Assembly (NCBI RefSeq): GCF_001949145.1
Contig: NW_019091358.1
Location: 2,846,535 to 2,910,534 of the forward strand
Direction of reading: 5' to 3'
Source: Acanthaster planci
Lineage: Eukaryota
Length of the DNA: 64,000 nucleotides
Position numbers and translations under genes: made by a program. The first letter of the stretch is position 1. Every line of letters begins with the position of its first letter. Below the pieces are notes generated by a model that ran no database searches, had not been told where the DNA came from, and saw only the letters and a list, made by a program, of their open reading frames with translations. This document shows positions 36,201 through 49,784 of the stretch, in pieces.

Positions 36201-39200
36201 CTGCGCTCAACAAAAAAATGCAATTTTGATCATCACTTTAACATAAATAATAAAAAGTACTATTTTTTAATAATACAGAGGATTTGCCGACAAAACCGAA
36301 ACCTAAAAAAGTATCTCTCGTGTTTTCATTTAATTCAGTCGTCTACCGATTGTCAGTGCCAACTGCTTCACAGTAACAGTCCCCACAGATACCCGTGTTT
36401 TTCCAAACGGAATATACAATTTCCTAATTACCTAGGCAGCAGCAAACGACTGGCGAAGTGTTTGTGCAAATTAGAAATGAATGTACAAGGTGCTTGATCC
36501 GTCGCCGAAGGCCCCAATCTATTTTCCAATTACTGGGCTCATTTGGTGGCAGATGATTGAGTTATATTGTTTTGATTAACAATTCATACTTTCTCATGAG
36601 CAACAGTAAACGTGCAGTTGAATATTAAGACAATAAACTAGCTCCATATAGTATAATTACTGGTTCATGCCCGATGTAAATTGGATATTTCAACTGTTTT
36701 AATCAACCGCGTCATTCAGGTTAGATTATGAATTCAATTAATATTTGCAGTATAATGCAGGTAGGTGCAAATTGCTTGTGTGTGTTTGAACGACGCTTGA
36801 ATAAACAGGGAGAATTTACGGTCATCCATATCGATTGCCAGTTGCAATACATTGTAGGCCCCAAGTTTCCTTAACAATTCTCTGCTACAGCATTCTGTGC
36901 AGGTTCGAGGCACTCTGAAAGACATACCTTCATTCCTTGTTTTAAAATGTTAAACTTGACAGCCATTAATAACTTGAGCAAAAGTCAAACCGGGTGCATT
37001 TCATTATAGATGAACAATGAAGGAGCATGAGCAGGATGGTTTGAAAAACGCAAATGATTTTCTTAATAGATGAAAACCCAATTGATTATTGATTTTAAGA
37101 TGTAACCTCCTTTGAAACGTGACTGCTTAAACTGGCCGGTAGCAATGACGTATCCATGGGGGGCAAGTTGTCGTGCCGGGGGGACATGTTGCCATTTTTT
37201 AAGAATTGAAAGCGCCAATACTTTATAAATGTAAATATTACAAGCCCTTTCCTTTTGAGGGGAATGGTTTTAAGGATTAAAATGTTTTACAATCGTTTCA
37301 GAGAAAAATTTCCATTTGTTCATCCCCCACGCGGATAAGACACTGGCCGGGTCCGGAGCAATTACGTCTCCGTCCTAAGAATTCGACGCCCTCACCTGAA
37401 CTCTCGCCTCGCTCAGCTCCAACCTCATGGCCAGTTCCTCCCTGGTGAAGACGTCCGGGTACTGCGTCTTCTCGAAGGCCCGCTCCAGCTGGTGCAACTG
37501 ATAGGTGGTGAAGGTGGTGCGACTTCGGCGCACCTTCCGGGCCGCCTTGGGGTGACCGGTGCCGTCCCCGTCGTCAGCCTCCCCGCTGTCCTCCCTGCCC
37601 GACGACTGGGGCGAGGCGGGCTCGGGCGAGGAGCTCTCGCCGTGCTCGCACGGCCCGGCCGCCAGCAAAGGCTCGGGGTCCGAGTTGTACGGGTCGGAGC
37701 CCGGGGAGTTGTCGGTGCTTGGCCTGTGCTGGAAACCCCGATTGGGATCGCTGGGAACTGCGTCACAATGATTCCAAAAAAAAAAAAACAGACACCTGAA
37801 ATTTTGCTTGCATGTCCACAGACGTATGCTTTTTTGTCAAGTGCATAGGTCCTACGTTTAAGTTCACGAGTCAGCAACTTGATAAAGAGTAACAGTAATA
37901 GTTGCCTTCAAGCAACTACCGGAATTCCATGCTGTGCGGAGCATTTGTGAATGATTACACTCCCTTCCATTTCTTTCCTCCAATATGGGTTGCTAACCAC
38001 ACACCCATCTTCCCAGATCGACTGGCAAAATCTTCGCAAAAGAGCTAAGCTTGAGAGCCAAGGTTCAGACCTCCTTTTGGCCTATTTGAACAGAAGATAT
38101 CTATTTGAACTGGTCTATCAAACAGCAGGTTCCGTAGCCAGACGGAGTGCTTAGGATAGATTATTTTCCCGACCATTACTGTGTGAAACCGCTTGGTTCT
38201 GTGCTGTTTGTTTAATCGCCGGGTTCTTCGGGATCTTTACTTTCCTAGTCACCTGTTAATCTGTGAAGATTCAGTGGGACCGAAGTAGGATGGAGCTAAA
38301 TTCGTGTAGCTTTCTTTTTTCTTTGTTTTCTTTTTTTTTTCTTTTAACATTATTGCGTTAATTTTGTATTTTATGAGCAAACTCAAGTTCTAATGATGGA
38401 ACTCGATTTTTTTTTCTGATGTGTGCAATGCACAGGCACAAACTTTTTCGGTCTTTTTGGAGTGGATGTGCTGAAAGGTACCTCTTTCTCAACCCCCGAG
38501 GTGAAAAACATTGCCTCCAGTACCCTTACTGGGCGTTTCTTTTCAGACATTCGCCTGCTACGCCATTACATTTTTCAAAGAAAACTGAAGAAACCGGAGC
38601 GTTCAAATTACAGTTTTCTTACGACCGGTTGTCAGTGTACGGTGTGTACCAGCAGAAAATTTTTGGCTTCTGAGGGGTTCGTTCACAACCCTTCTTTCCA
38701 CTGTTTGCAGAAATAATTTTCATGTTATTAACGTCGAATTTTCGTTTGGCGCACCAAAAAGAAAGCATCCCTTGTTTATCTACTCTGAATACTTATCGCG
38801 GCTGGCGTCGTAAAACGACATCCAGCGGGTTGCTTGTGAACAGCTCGTATGAAAGACTCAGCCAATGAAATTAGCGAGTTGATGTCGTAAAAGGTGAAGG
38901 GCCAGCTCGTCTCGATCATGATCGCTTGGACGGAACTGGCTAACGAGCGAGGTTTCGAAAATATGCGGGTGGACGGCGCGCGCGCGACTTTAATCTGTAC
39001 ACACACACACAAAGCTATTGTTGGCAGATGCGTCCACAACGGGAACCAATGATTAATAAGTTTGCTGACCGTAATTGCACGAAAAGTGAAGGCGAGCAAA
39101 GAATCCTTGAACAGACAAGCGAAGAAACGAGGCCAAAATAATTACAAGGAATTAATGATTATGTGGGCTTATCACATGCCAGCTTGTACTATTCTGATAA

Positions 39201-40493
39201 CGATTTAATATCCAATCAACTTTAGGACGCAGTAGCAAAACTGGTCGTGAAATAAAATTCAAATCAACATCTTTTATTATATAAACCTTTTATGTATAAT
39301 TAACCTCTATTTCCTATAAATCCTTTTCTAGTTATTAACGTACTGGTATTTTATAGAAAATTGGCATCTTTTATGTGAAATTGTTATATAAACTTCTGTT
39401 GGAATGTTGTTCAGGTTTTTTTCTCCAGAAATAAATATTTGGCCTCCACTTTTGTGCAGGGAGTTATGGTTTTCTTAACTAAATTTTATTTTCGAAAGAG
39501 GCTGATTTTTAGGTTAGTTTGTAATGAGTTTTGGAGAAAATATATTACTTTTATCTTTTAAACTACTGGAGTTGCCAGATTATTGGTGGAAATGATTTCT
39601 ACAGACGGCATTAATGACAACTTAACTTCCCTTTTCAAGAAGAAAAATCAATAATCATTCTGAATGATTAAGTATCCCTTATTGTTCGAGAAATCACACA
39701 AAGATCTCTAATCCGTGCGTAAACCGTAAATGGGTGGAGAAATTTTGGCCATTTTTCGGCTTCTGCGCAAACTGGTATTAAAACGAGGATGTTGTAGTTA
39801 ATTGCTTCGTAGTTTGTTGGGCTGCCCTTTTGAATAAAACGATATTTTGCAAATTTATTCCTCCAGTACCTCTGTAAAATTTCCCATGTGGGCACAGTGA
39901 CTCCAAACAACGTGGACCTAAAAGCCGACATTCAATAACTGGCAATTTAAACATGTTGGGAAGCAAAAGGAGACATCCATCAGTATTACGCGTTTAATGG
40001 TGTTCATAATGGACAATTTATTTGGCGGATTCATTAAGTGTCACTCGGTACGTTGATGTTAGTGGCACAGTGATACATAATGTACAGTATTGTATGCAAT
40101 ACATGGAGAAATGTGTAGGCCATCAATTCACACCTCGGTACATGGCTGTTCAAATGTGCAAGCGCGGTACAGCTTCAGGTACTTACCGGTGGACTGTGGG
40201 GTCCTCTCATCCGGGTGCAACGAGGACCGTTGGGCACTGTCTCTCCCCTGTTGACACTGGGTGAAGTCCCAGCAACGTCTGGTGCCGAAGACGGGCACGC
40301 GGATGTGGCATGGCTCTGCCCGCGCCGGTGCGCTAATTGCGGACGGCGTGCCCAGGATAAAATCGATGCTGTAGTTGGACGGGGAGTGTCGTCGTACCAC
40401 CGGGTTCTTCGCGGCTGATCCCACCCCGGTTGTCCCGTGATGTTGGCAGCTCTCGTTCAAGCCCCTTAGTGGCACTCCTCCGGTGAAGTCCAT
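35613..40493 (-). CDS. hbn: Homeobrain, PRD-class (Q50) homeobox transcription factor, 3 exons, ~418 aa
   Basis: Exons 40493-40187, 37757-37396, 36200-35613 give a 1257-nt open frame. Homeodomain [59 protein letters not shown] matches the Hbn signature ([22 protein letters not shown]) rather than Rx (EKSHYPDVYSRE) or Arx (QKTHYPD). Octapeptide [11 protein letters not shown]-like [12 protein letters not shown]; canonical PRD-class intron between Q46 and V47. Confidence 0.92.
37396..37757 (-). CDS. hbn: hbn exon 2 (homeodomain residues 1-46)
   Basis: CAG acceptor at 37760-37758; [10 protein letters not shown]...[11 protein letters not shown]...EARVQ; donor GTGAG. Confidence 0.93.
40187..40493 (-). 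CDS. hbn: hbn exon 1 (octapeptide/eh1 YSIDFILG)
   Basis: ATG at 40493; MDFTGG...[10 protein letters not shown]...ERTPQST; donor GTAAGT, phase 1, compatible with exon 2. Confidence 0.85.
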
Positions 40494-40754
40494 GACGTTA
40501 ATAAGGGGAGAAAGTCAACAAGATCGACCAGTTTTGCGCACGGATCTTGCTTTTGGGTGCAGGCAGAAGGTCTATATTTTGCTTTACTTTTTATACTTGC
40601 ATTTCAGAAGGCAGTTGCTCCTGGAGAAACCTGAACACTCTAAACGGTTCTTCCCTGATTCCACTGAAGTAGCCTATAGGTTTCTTCTACGGACTGATTA
40701 CTTCAGACGCGTGAACACGTCTCGCTGCTGCAGTCAGGGACGCCCAGTAGAAAG

Positions 40755-40845
40755 CACCGGATTATATTGGCAACTGAGCCCCTTAAATCTGATCTGGTCT
40801 CCCACCAGTGACAGGCTCATCAATCAGGCTGCACGGTGAATTACT
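40755..40845 (-). promoter_or_regulatory. Candidate hbn proximal regulatory module (TALE and K50 homeodomain sites)
   Basis: About 270-350 bp upstream of the ATG: GGATTA (40759-40764), TGACAG (40809-40814), ATCAATCA = TGATTGAT on - (40819-40826). Confidence 0.45.
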
Positions 40846-43800
40846 CCGGCCGCTGACCATAGCTTGCGGTCCTACATTGTAGCCTTTTGTCTACCTTCAC
40901 AACCAAGGGGAGGGACCCACAGCTTGTCAGCTCGTGCGCACACGCGATCACCAGTATGGCAGTCTTTTCCAAAAAGCGTGCAAGTTATTAGCTGTTCATT
41001 AAGTCGACAGCCGACCGAAATGTGTTAAACATGCTGGTATTGCAATTAAAAGTGAGAACAGGGATCCACCATTTTTTTATGTATGAATTAATTATCTTTG
41101 AAGCCAGCTTGCCGAGTACAGTTTATCTGTTTATCAAAGCATCTCATGTCATTGGTAGACGATTACGGGGAAGCACGCACAACACTAGGCACTGACCAAT
41201 CACCATTGTGATATCAACATCGAGTCTCTTACTAATTGTTTTCGCAAACCGGTTTCATCCAATCGTCGAAAATAATAACCTCCCGCGTTCAGTGGATGAC
41301 GGAAGCAGCACATGATTGAACTACGGAATCAGGACGATAAGGAGCACATTTGTACACGTATGTACTCATGTGAATGGTCGCCAGAAATACTACTTATTCA
41401 TTGTGATCTGTGTAAGTCTATGATGCTGCGATTTACAACTTGTGCATTCCCGGAGTTAAAAGAGCCCTTAAATACTAAAGGGAGAGAGAGAGAGCGGATG
41501 TGATGTGCTGACGTGTCTGACTTGTTCTAAGATTTCAATATTTCCGAATTTCCAGAATAAACTGAAACAAATCTTCATAGCGTGTTGATCGGAACAAAAA
41601 GTTAATGTCAGCTAATTTTAGAAATGCTCTTGTTTCTTGAATTACGACTGCAGTTTTCAACATAACAAACAAAAAATGAACAAAGTTCCAACTTTCCTGT
41701 TTGCCTATTATATTTTATTACTGCTGTGCCTTGTAAATGAATCTGTCCCATCCGTGCATTGAGCTTTAGGGTTTTGGGATGCCTTTGGAGTTTTTAAGCT
41801 GATGCCAAATTCCATATTCATGAACAAAAGACTGTGATTTAATTCCAAGCAAAATTGTCAGTGTTAAGATTTTTCAACTCCTCTATTTGCCAAAATGTGG
41901 GTTATTATGCTGTCTTGAACTTTCTTTTTTACGCGATTAACTGCTGTTTCATTGGCCAATGGACAAAGGTTTCTAATAGTTTCAGTGAGCAAATTTTTGA
42001 TTCTCGATGTACACAGAAAACACCTGCATCGCCAGGACTTTTCAGCTGGGGGGGGGCTCCAGGGGAGAGCACTCGTCAACAAATTATTAATTTGTTAACG
42101 GTCAAAGAGGATCAGTTCTTACGTTTTTTCAAACAAAGGGGTAATTTTCATCCCAGTCCTCCTTTTTATCCGTTTTACTTGCTTTTTATATTTTTTTGAA
42201 TTTTTCAGGTTTTATAAGGAAAGGGGACAACCGCTCCCCCTTCCCCCTGCGATGCCCATGACTACAAAATTCTGATCTGATCCCTGTGGTATACAGCATA
42301 ATAATAAGGCCAAAGTTGGTGATGAAATCGGGGAAGAGCTCATTATTTTTTTCGGAGGCAGTGACTTAGCGGTCTCAAGATCGATCTCCAGTTCACTATT
42401 TAGTTACTCAGCAAGGGAACGGTTCTCGAGCGGAGACGGGATCGTTCCCCTGTACCCAGGCCCCGTTATATTCCTCAGCCACATGGCTTATTGACTCTTT
42501 CAGTAAAGTTCCATTATACATTTACTTGCGGGTAGTATTGTCGCTGGGTTTTGTATACGGAGAGACCGTCTTGGAAGAGTGTACCAGTGACTCCGTGTAA
42601 TAGTTATCACACTTGCCGCTGGTATTAGCGAGGGACACCATGGATCCAAATTGACACAGGATTTACCACAGGATTTGTGGATTTACCACATGTCAACGTC
42701 CAGTTGTGTAAATCTGTGTTGGAGATAAAGGGCATGGGAGATGGGGAAAGGTTTGGGATGACTTGCCCGGCCATGGAAATTTGAAAAGCGGGGGGAGGGG
42801 ACCATGTATACTATATTGAGGGCGATGTTCGTGATAAAGATATACATCTGTAATATGTATCAAATTCATGCAGAATCTTATATCAGAGTGGTATATTTAT
42901 GGCTTTTAAAATCGTTTTTCCCTTTTAATGACATTGCAAACATCTTAGTCGTTGGGAACCCTGCAAATCCTTCACAACCCGCTTTAATGTTGTTATTCAT
43001 CACAAATAATATATAACCCCCCCTCCGAGATTTAATCCCATGTCGATATCATTTTCTTAGTAGAAGGGCCAATGCAATCCACGCTATAAGTTCTTCAGCG
43101 GGCAATAGAAAAAAGTACAAAATTCAACAATATTTCCATTCAAAATGGACAGCATTGAACTACTACATTCATTTCTGATCACAATAACGGGAAAATCAAA
43201 AGAAATGCGTACGGATGAAGCCAGACGCGTTTGGTGCTTCAGAAATTACGGGTATTGTGTAATTCGTATAAAGCGCAGGTCTGCCTGTTTTATTCGAATA
43301 TTGCCTTTGACCCTGGAGGCCCCATAGGCTCATATGAACACCCAGTCGATACCCACAAAAATGGATGTTCTGTTATACAGACCCAAAATCACTACTGTGT
43401 TAAAGATCACAATTTAATTTTTTTTTTTAGTATTATGGTTCTTTTACCTGTGAAGAAATATGTGTCAGGCCCTACGTCGACGCGCAGTTTTCATTGGTTT
43501 ATTACATCAGTTTCAGCCCAACAGGTCCTTACAATCAGCAAATTCAATTTTCGATTTTGGTCACACTGGGCCTTCTTTGTCCCAGTAATGGCGTCCACTT
43601 TTGCAGTATTTCACACACAGGATCAAGACTGTTTTGAACTCCGTACGTTTGATTTCTATTTTCTTTTCTTGCAATCAAATTAAGACTCACTTAAGTGCAC
43701 CAGGCTTTATAACCTTGGACGTGTTTTCGTTTTCGGTTCTTGTCTGTCTGTTTCAAACTTCAAAGAGTAGCTGCAATGGAATTATTTTCATACAAGCCAC

Positions 43801-44935
43801 CAAAATGCCCCTTGTATGTCACTCTATACCTCATTTGCAATTTTTGTTTTACTCTTTCAAAGATCATTGGCTGCGTTTTTCGTTTTTATGATAATGAGTT
43901 TTCCGTACTCATAAGCAAAACTCTGATGTCATTCCCGAAAGAAAACCTCACTGTTTACATTGTGCATAAAACTCCTACATATTTGAAAGATTGTGCTGGC
44001 CTAAATTTTCTCTCTTTTGGTGTTTTATTTTTGTATGAGTACATAGCGATAAGCAAGCAATCATCCCTTCTTCATAAATGTTTTCAGTGACTTAATTCAT
44101 GGTTGACTATTCGAACAGAAAACATGTGCACGATTACCAGTAAACCGTGTCCTTCCTTGATGATATCACTGCAACAACGCCCTCATTTGTCTATGGAAGC
44201 ATGGATAATTTCAATGGATTAAAAAATGTACTTTTCGATGCATATAACCTAAAATGTATGTCAAAAAATGTAACAAAAGTCAAAATGTTGCAAAAAAGTA
44301 TTGTGTCTGAAAAACAGTTCATTGCAGATGCACCTGAGGTGTTCTGTTCAGCGGTGATACGGCTTATTTGAGCAAATGTTGCAACTTTTACTTTAAGTGC
44401 TCTGCAATCAGGCTCTGACTTGAACGATTCTTCTGTTATCATTCTGTTATTTTTGTTTAAGGCTGTCTTAAATTGATTCGGGGTATTTTTTGTTATCTGA
44501 GCAACTTCTGTTCAATTTTCTTTTTTTTTTTTCCTTTGTAAAATTGTTCATACCATTCCAAACGAGACCTTAATGAGGGGTGGCACAAAGAGAAACACTC
44601 GTCTTTTTAACATTTAAACAATTTTGCTCTGTTTTCCGCGTATTAATTAACATTAACATTAACCTTTTTAACATTTATACCGTGCGCCTTACATTTCAAA
44701 ACATTAATACTACTGTGCATACATCTAAAATATACATCAAAATTACAGACGTATACGGTAAAAGATATAAAATTATTCAAATGAATTCCAAAAACCATAA
44801 CTATCAACTTTAATATAGGCCTACAATTATATTAAATTACATTACATATGCAATTACATTCAATTACAATAATTAGCTAAAGCAATAGGAAAAAACAAAG
44901 TACGTATGAGTGTTTATGTTACCAGAGGAGATAAA

Positions 44936-45075
44936 TCACTGACGACCAAAAGCTTTGTGAAATAGGTAGGTCTTAAGATTGTTTTTAAAACTGTGTAAAG
45001 TTTGTTGTGACTTGACTTCGAGAGGCATTGAATTCCAGAGTGTAGGACCAACAACTGAGACTGTCCTATCGGTCA
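44936..45075 (-). mobile_element. 3' fragment of CR1/L2-type LINE ORF2
   Basis: DRTVSVVGPTLWNSMPLEVKSQQTLHSFKNNLKTYLF matches the DRAFSVxGPxLWNxLP...FKxxLKTxLF C-terminus typical of these LINEs; AT-rich tail follows. Confidence 0.8.
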
Positions 45076-45183
45076 CAAGTTTTTTTTCTACTTTTCTTTC
45101 CATGGAAAATTCACTCATATCATCAGTCGCATCGTGACCCTCATCACCTCCATCAGAACCATCAATACCATTACCAACACCAA

Positions 45184-45545
45184 CACCATCATCATCATCA
45201 GTCCGTATCAACCCTCTCTAGGGCGAAGACCTTTCCCAAACTGTGCCCTAGAAAGCCTGCTTCTGTTCTGTGTACATTCTTTGCCAGGCTGCAGTTCCCA
45301 CCTGGCTCCCAATCCCTTCTCTCCATCCAGCTCGACATCTACCACGTTTTCTAGGTTACCATATTGTTGTGATTTTGCTCCACCCATATTTTTTGTCCCT
45401 CTTAGGTGTCCAGCCCATCTCGCTTTTATCCTTTTTGCTGTTACTGATTTTTGTTTGATCCGTAATTCGAGCATTTGTTCTGCGATCTCTCCTCGTGTAT
45501 CCAGCCATCATCCGTTCTAGGCTTCTCCGGCTAAAGCACATTCCA
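45184..45545 (-). mobile_element. 3' fragment of RTE-clade LINE with (GAT)n tail
   Basis: RSLERMMAGYTRRDRRTNARITDQTK and, after a frameshift, KARWAGHLRG (RTE pattern MERxMLGxTxRDRxxN...W+WAGH); (CAT)n on + at about 45184-45200. Confidence 0.8.
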
Positions 45546-48500
45546 CGGAAACGAACTGGAATGGCATTATATCATGGTTTACCAGTCGAATAAATTAAAT
45601 TTTCTTCCCGATGCATGACTTTTAATGAAGAAGGCAACCAGTTTAAATGTTTGTAAGACTCCTCAAATAAAGAAACCAAAACCACCGTTTTGATGTCAGA
45701 ATGCCGATGTTGGGGAGCGTTCTTAATAAATCGAATCCGACTGTGACTTGTACTACACTGTGTTTAATAGGAAACAAAACCCCCATTTTATTGATTCACA
45801 TCACTTTCCTGGATACAAATAAAAGCTGCATCAAGCACACTATATCCTCAAAGCTCAACCATCAAAATATCTTCAAACACAGGTGAGCAAAACTGAAGAG
45901 TGAATTGAGCTTGGAGAATAAGAAAATACTCTGAAGTATTGGCCGAGCTACACATTCATGAGGGCAAATTCCTGTCGACAAAATCAGGATTTTTTTTCTG
46001 TCTCACGGAAAAAGACCCTATGAAAATTAAAAGTTCGTTCTGAACATTCTCCAATACAGAGTAAGGACATGTTCCTACAATTAATGAATGCATGCACACA
46101 GCATCTTGTTCCGCCTCGACAGGGATATTTTTTCAGTTAGATACAATGCAATGCAGAAAACGAGACCGGGATTGCTTTGAGAAGGATGCTGGTTAGCGTT
46201 ACGTGCAAGTGTTAAAAGCTCCTTTGTAATCTTTGTTCCCTCTTTTTTATTCCAGCTGTTGATGAAGCTCTGTATCTCCCAGAAAGTTACACCACCACGG
46301 TCGCACACTTTTAACCAGCACATCTGCTCTTCAAAGAATTGAATTCCTTTTTCGTTATCTTTTTTTTCTGTTATTAAACGATGTTCTTTGAGAGTTGTGT
46401 GTGGCTTGAACAATAAAACTGGTCAGCAGGCGCGTGCAGGCGCGAGAGAGGCCCACGCATAACGTCACGCTTGAACGCAGACAGTCTGATTTTAAAAAAA
46501 TCCGATCAGGGCGCTTGACGCTTTAGATAAAACATTGTAAAATGCCTGCAACCAGCAATTAAAAAAGTGCATACTCGATTTGCATAAAATAACCACTGCC
46601 TACCCGGTAAGCGCGTGGTATTAGCCCGAACAGGTTTAAACTTATCGAAGGGTTTGGCTTCAGACATAATGATGAACCTAGTGGCGTCGTTCAATAACTT
46701 TGCTGGTAGTGTGGCTTGTCGCAGATGTGGTTAACAGGTGTGGGTCTTCAGTTCGTTCGCCGTAGAGGCAGTTCGCAGTACCCGCACTGGATACTCAGCG
46801 ATGGAGACGATTACAGACCGATGCCGACTTCGATGAAAGCAAACAAATGCAGAAAAGGACAAGTTGTTACATCATCAACAAAGCAATAAGCTGCTCGGGG
46901 TGTCCACTTTGTAAAAACATTTACGAAATGCAAATCAAAGACGCTGAGATGGAAATCGATTTGAATTGACGAGTAAAAACTACCAACAGAGTCATGAAAG
47001 TGGTATTACGGGTAAAAATGGACCATATGACACGTGCAAGTTTATCGTCATCAGATTCGTTTTAAGCACCCGTCTCAATATTTTGGAGTAATTTGTCGCT
47101 TATAACGAGAACGATTGCACAGTCGGTCCATTCTCTCAGAAACGAAGGTTTGGCTCGCCGACTGTGTATTGTATTCTGCAAACAAATAGCAAAATCTCAA
47201 TTCAATCTGTTAGAATTCTAAAATTATTCTCAAATAATGCCCCAACCTTATGTGTCACACACTCTGTCTTTGTTTTAAGCGACTAAGCGACGGACCCGTT
47301 GAATTTTTCACGACGATATTCACTCCTAAGATTTGGAGACCTAAAATTGGCAAACTAAGTTTTTTTTGTTTTAACGAAATGACGACCTCTCTTCCTTTAT
47401 GTTTATGCTGTTCTTACTTTTATTGTCTTCAACCTCTATAAGATTTGCTTTTGTTGAAATTGCGAAGTTGTTTCTAAAATGTATACATTTTTAGACCGTG
47501 AGCGTGCGACGAATTTGTCCAAACAAAAGCTTGCGTGTGTGTGTGACCACGAAGTATTTCCAGTTAGACGACATGACACTCTTTGAAGGGGGAATTTTTT
47601 TAATGCATACGAAAATACGATCCGGGAAAATCGACCGACTTCGAGCACGATTTTCTCAAATGTCAATCTTGCAGCTGTGTGCGCCGATTCGTAGCTTCGT
47701 TGAAATGGTGAGAGCTCATGTGTGTCCGGGCTATCGGTTTTGGAGTGACATGGGGGACATTTTCGGCAAACTGGCCCCATTCTGGAACCTTGGGAGACAA
47801 TGAAGAGTGAATTACCAAGCCGCTGCCCACGCCTGCATTCACACCATTTCATTTCATTTCAATTATCATGTCAATCAGATTCTCTTCATCGAAAAAGCGT
47901 GCCCCGGCTCTCTTTGAAATTACACACGATGCATGACTACACCACATTCACTGGAACTGTCCGGCTGTACAATTTGCTGAAGATGAAATGTCTGTTACAG
48001 AAAGATAAGGGCAACTTTGCTCATATCGATCTTGTTGCTTTGAGTCTATCATAGATCAGAAAAAATGTCTGTATTATAAAAATGACGTTAAAGGGTACAA
48101 ACACTTTTATACCCACTTTTTTAACACGATTAATCTACGGCACGCTTGGACATTTGTCTGTACTGAACTGCGGTTAGGAGTGTGTTTAATTTAAAAGCAA
48201 AGTTCCTTTCCATGGGTTTACTCTTTTCTTTGTGGAAAGCGCTTAGCATTTAAACACACTGCGTTTTCAACATAAAGATCTGAACATGTCGTGGATGAAA
48301 CGTGTCAAAAGTGGATCGTGACAAGAAGTGTGTACAATTATGTTGAAACTATAAGCCCCTTTTAAACACTATACGCAACAATATTTGCCATTCTGTCATG
48401 ATTTAAAGCTGGAGCATAACGGATTTCCGACAAGAATAATTCTTTCTGGCACCTTCTAAATCGGAGAGAGTAACAAGGTCACCCATTGGCCCTTATTTTG

Positions 48501-49058
48501 AAGCTAAAATCGCTTTTATTTTGGCGTATGCGTGTAGGGTCTAGGAATTCAGTATGGGTTTTAAACAAACACAAAGCGTTTCAGTCGCCAAACTTTCAGT
48601 GATGTTATTCACGCTTTACCTCGTAAATCGTGAAGGTGGCTCGGTTGGACCTCGTTGTATGGTTTGAGCAATATATTATTTCGTTTTACATTTCACAGAA
48701 TTGTTCATTCGAAGGCTGATGAACGCCACCTGATGTTTTATGCGCGTGGTGATTTTTCCGTTTTGTAAGTCCAACAAGCTAAGGAAAGTTTAAAGTCCTT
48801 TGTTACTTTAGGAGCTGAATCTTGCCTGTGTTATAAATGACATCCAGTGTCTTTTTTTTCTAAATTTGCGCGTAACAAAGTGTGCAGGCGTGGCATACAT
48901 AGTGTGAACCTCTGCACAAAAGAAGTCCACATAATGTAGAGTACGATGGCGTAGTGTGTGTTTGTTTTACGCCTTGCAGATTTTAAAGTTGCAGTGTCTA
49001 ACCTTCCCACATTTAATACGTTGTCAGAACTGCCTTCACGCTTTTCCTTCAATTACCC

Positions 49059-49784
49059 ATTGGGTCGTATAAATATAAACTAGCAAATGCTATGAAGTTC
49101 AAGCAAACAGCAAAAGCATTTACTGAGAAGTCAAACCAAATAACAATTAAGCAAATGCTTGAATTTGTAGGAATAAAATGTTTCTTTTACTATTCAGCAT
49201 CTACTGGTATAAATATTAGCAAATGCTTTATGCTTGTGGCTGACTGCACAGCCGAATGGTTTTGCACAATAGGGCTTCTGTTGTCTGGCGTACAGACGCA
49301 CACAGTGCAGCACTGTGCTGTATCTTGAGACCTCAGCATGGCAGATAAGCATGATGACAGTAATTTTGATCACAAAAACCTTGATGAAGAAAATTGCTCT
49401 GCCACTCTCAAATTGGTACAACTGCCTGCATCTGGTTTCTTGAGATTCCCTCCTAAAGGCATTTAGCTTTTCCTTTCGAATGACATTCATGAACGCTGCC
49501 ATTTTGAACATTAGTAAATGCTCCTCGTTTTCAAGCTTGCCCTGACCCAGTCTTGAAAAATGTCAAGTAAATACTCCAATTCTGTAAAACTTACTCATTT
49601 TTATTAATACAAAATGAAGCAACTGCTTATTGTTAAGCACAAGCTTAAAGAGTAAAAAGTAAATACTTTTTAGCAATTTCACTAAAGTAAAAGTGTTTGC
49701 TTCATTATTATTCATACAAACACGAGTAAATGCTTCAAAAATGGTAGTAAAAGCAAAGGCTACTTTTTATTCGTACGACCCAAT
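49059..49784. mobile_element. ~725-bp non-autonomous DNA transposon (possibly PIF/Harbinger-like)
   Basis: TIRs ATTGGGTCGTATAAATATAAACTAGC and GCTACTTTTTATTCGTACGACCCAAT; about 7 internal AG(T/C)AAAT(G/A)CT repeats. Confidence 0.75.

Noticed and set aside
35620..37877. Overlapping antisense and alternative-frame ORFs across the hbn exons
   Set aside because: Shadow ORFs expected from GC-rich coding sequence
35613..40493. Assignment as Rx or aristaless/Arx
   Set aside because: Shares the octapeptide and OAR motifs, but the diagnostic homeodomain residues ([22 protein letters not shown]) fit homeobrain
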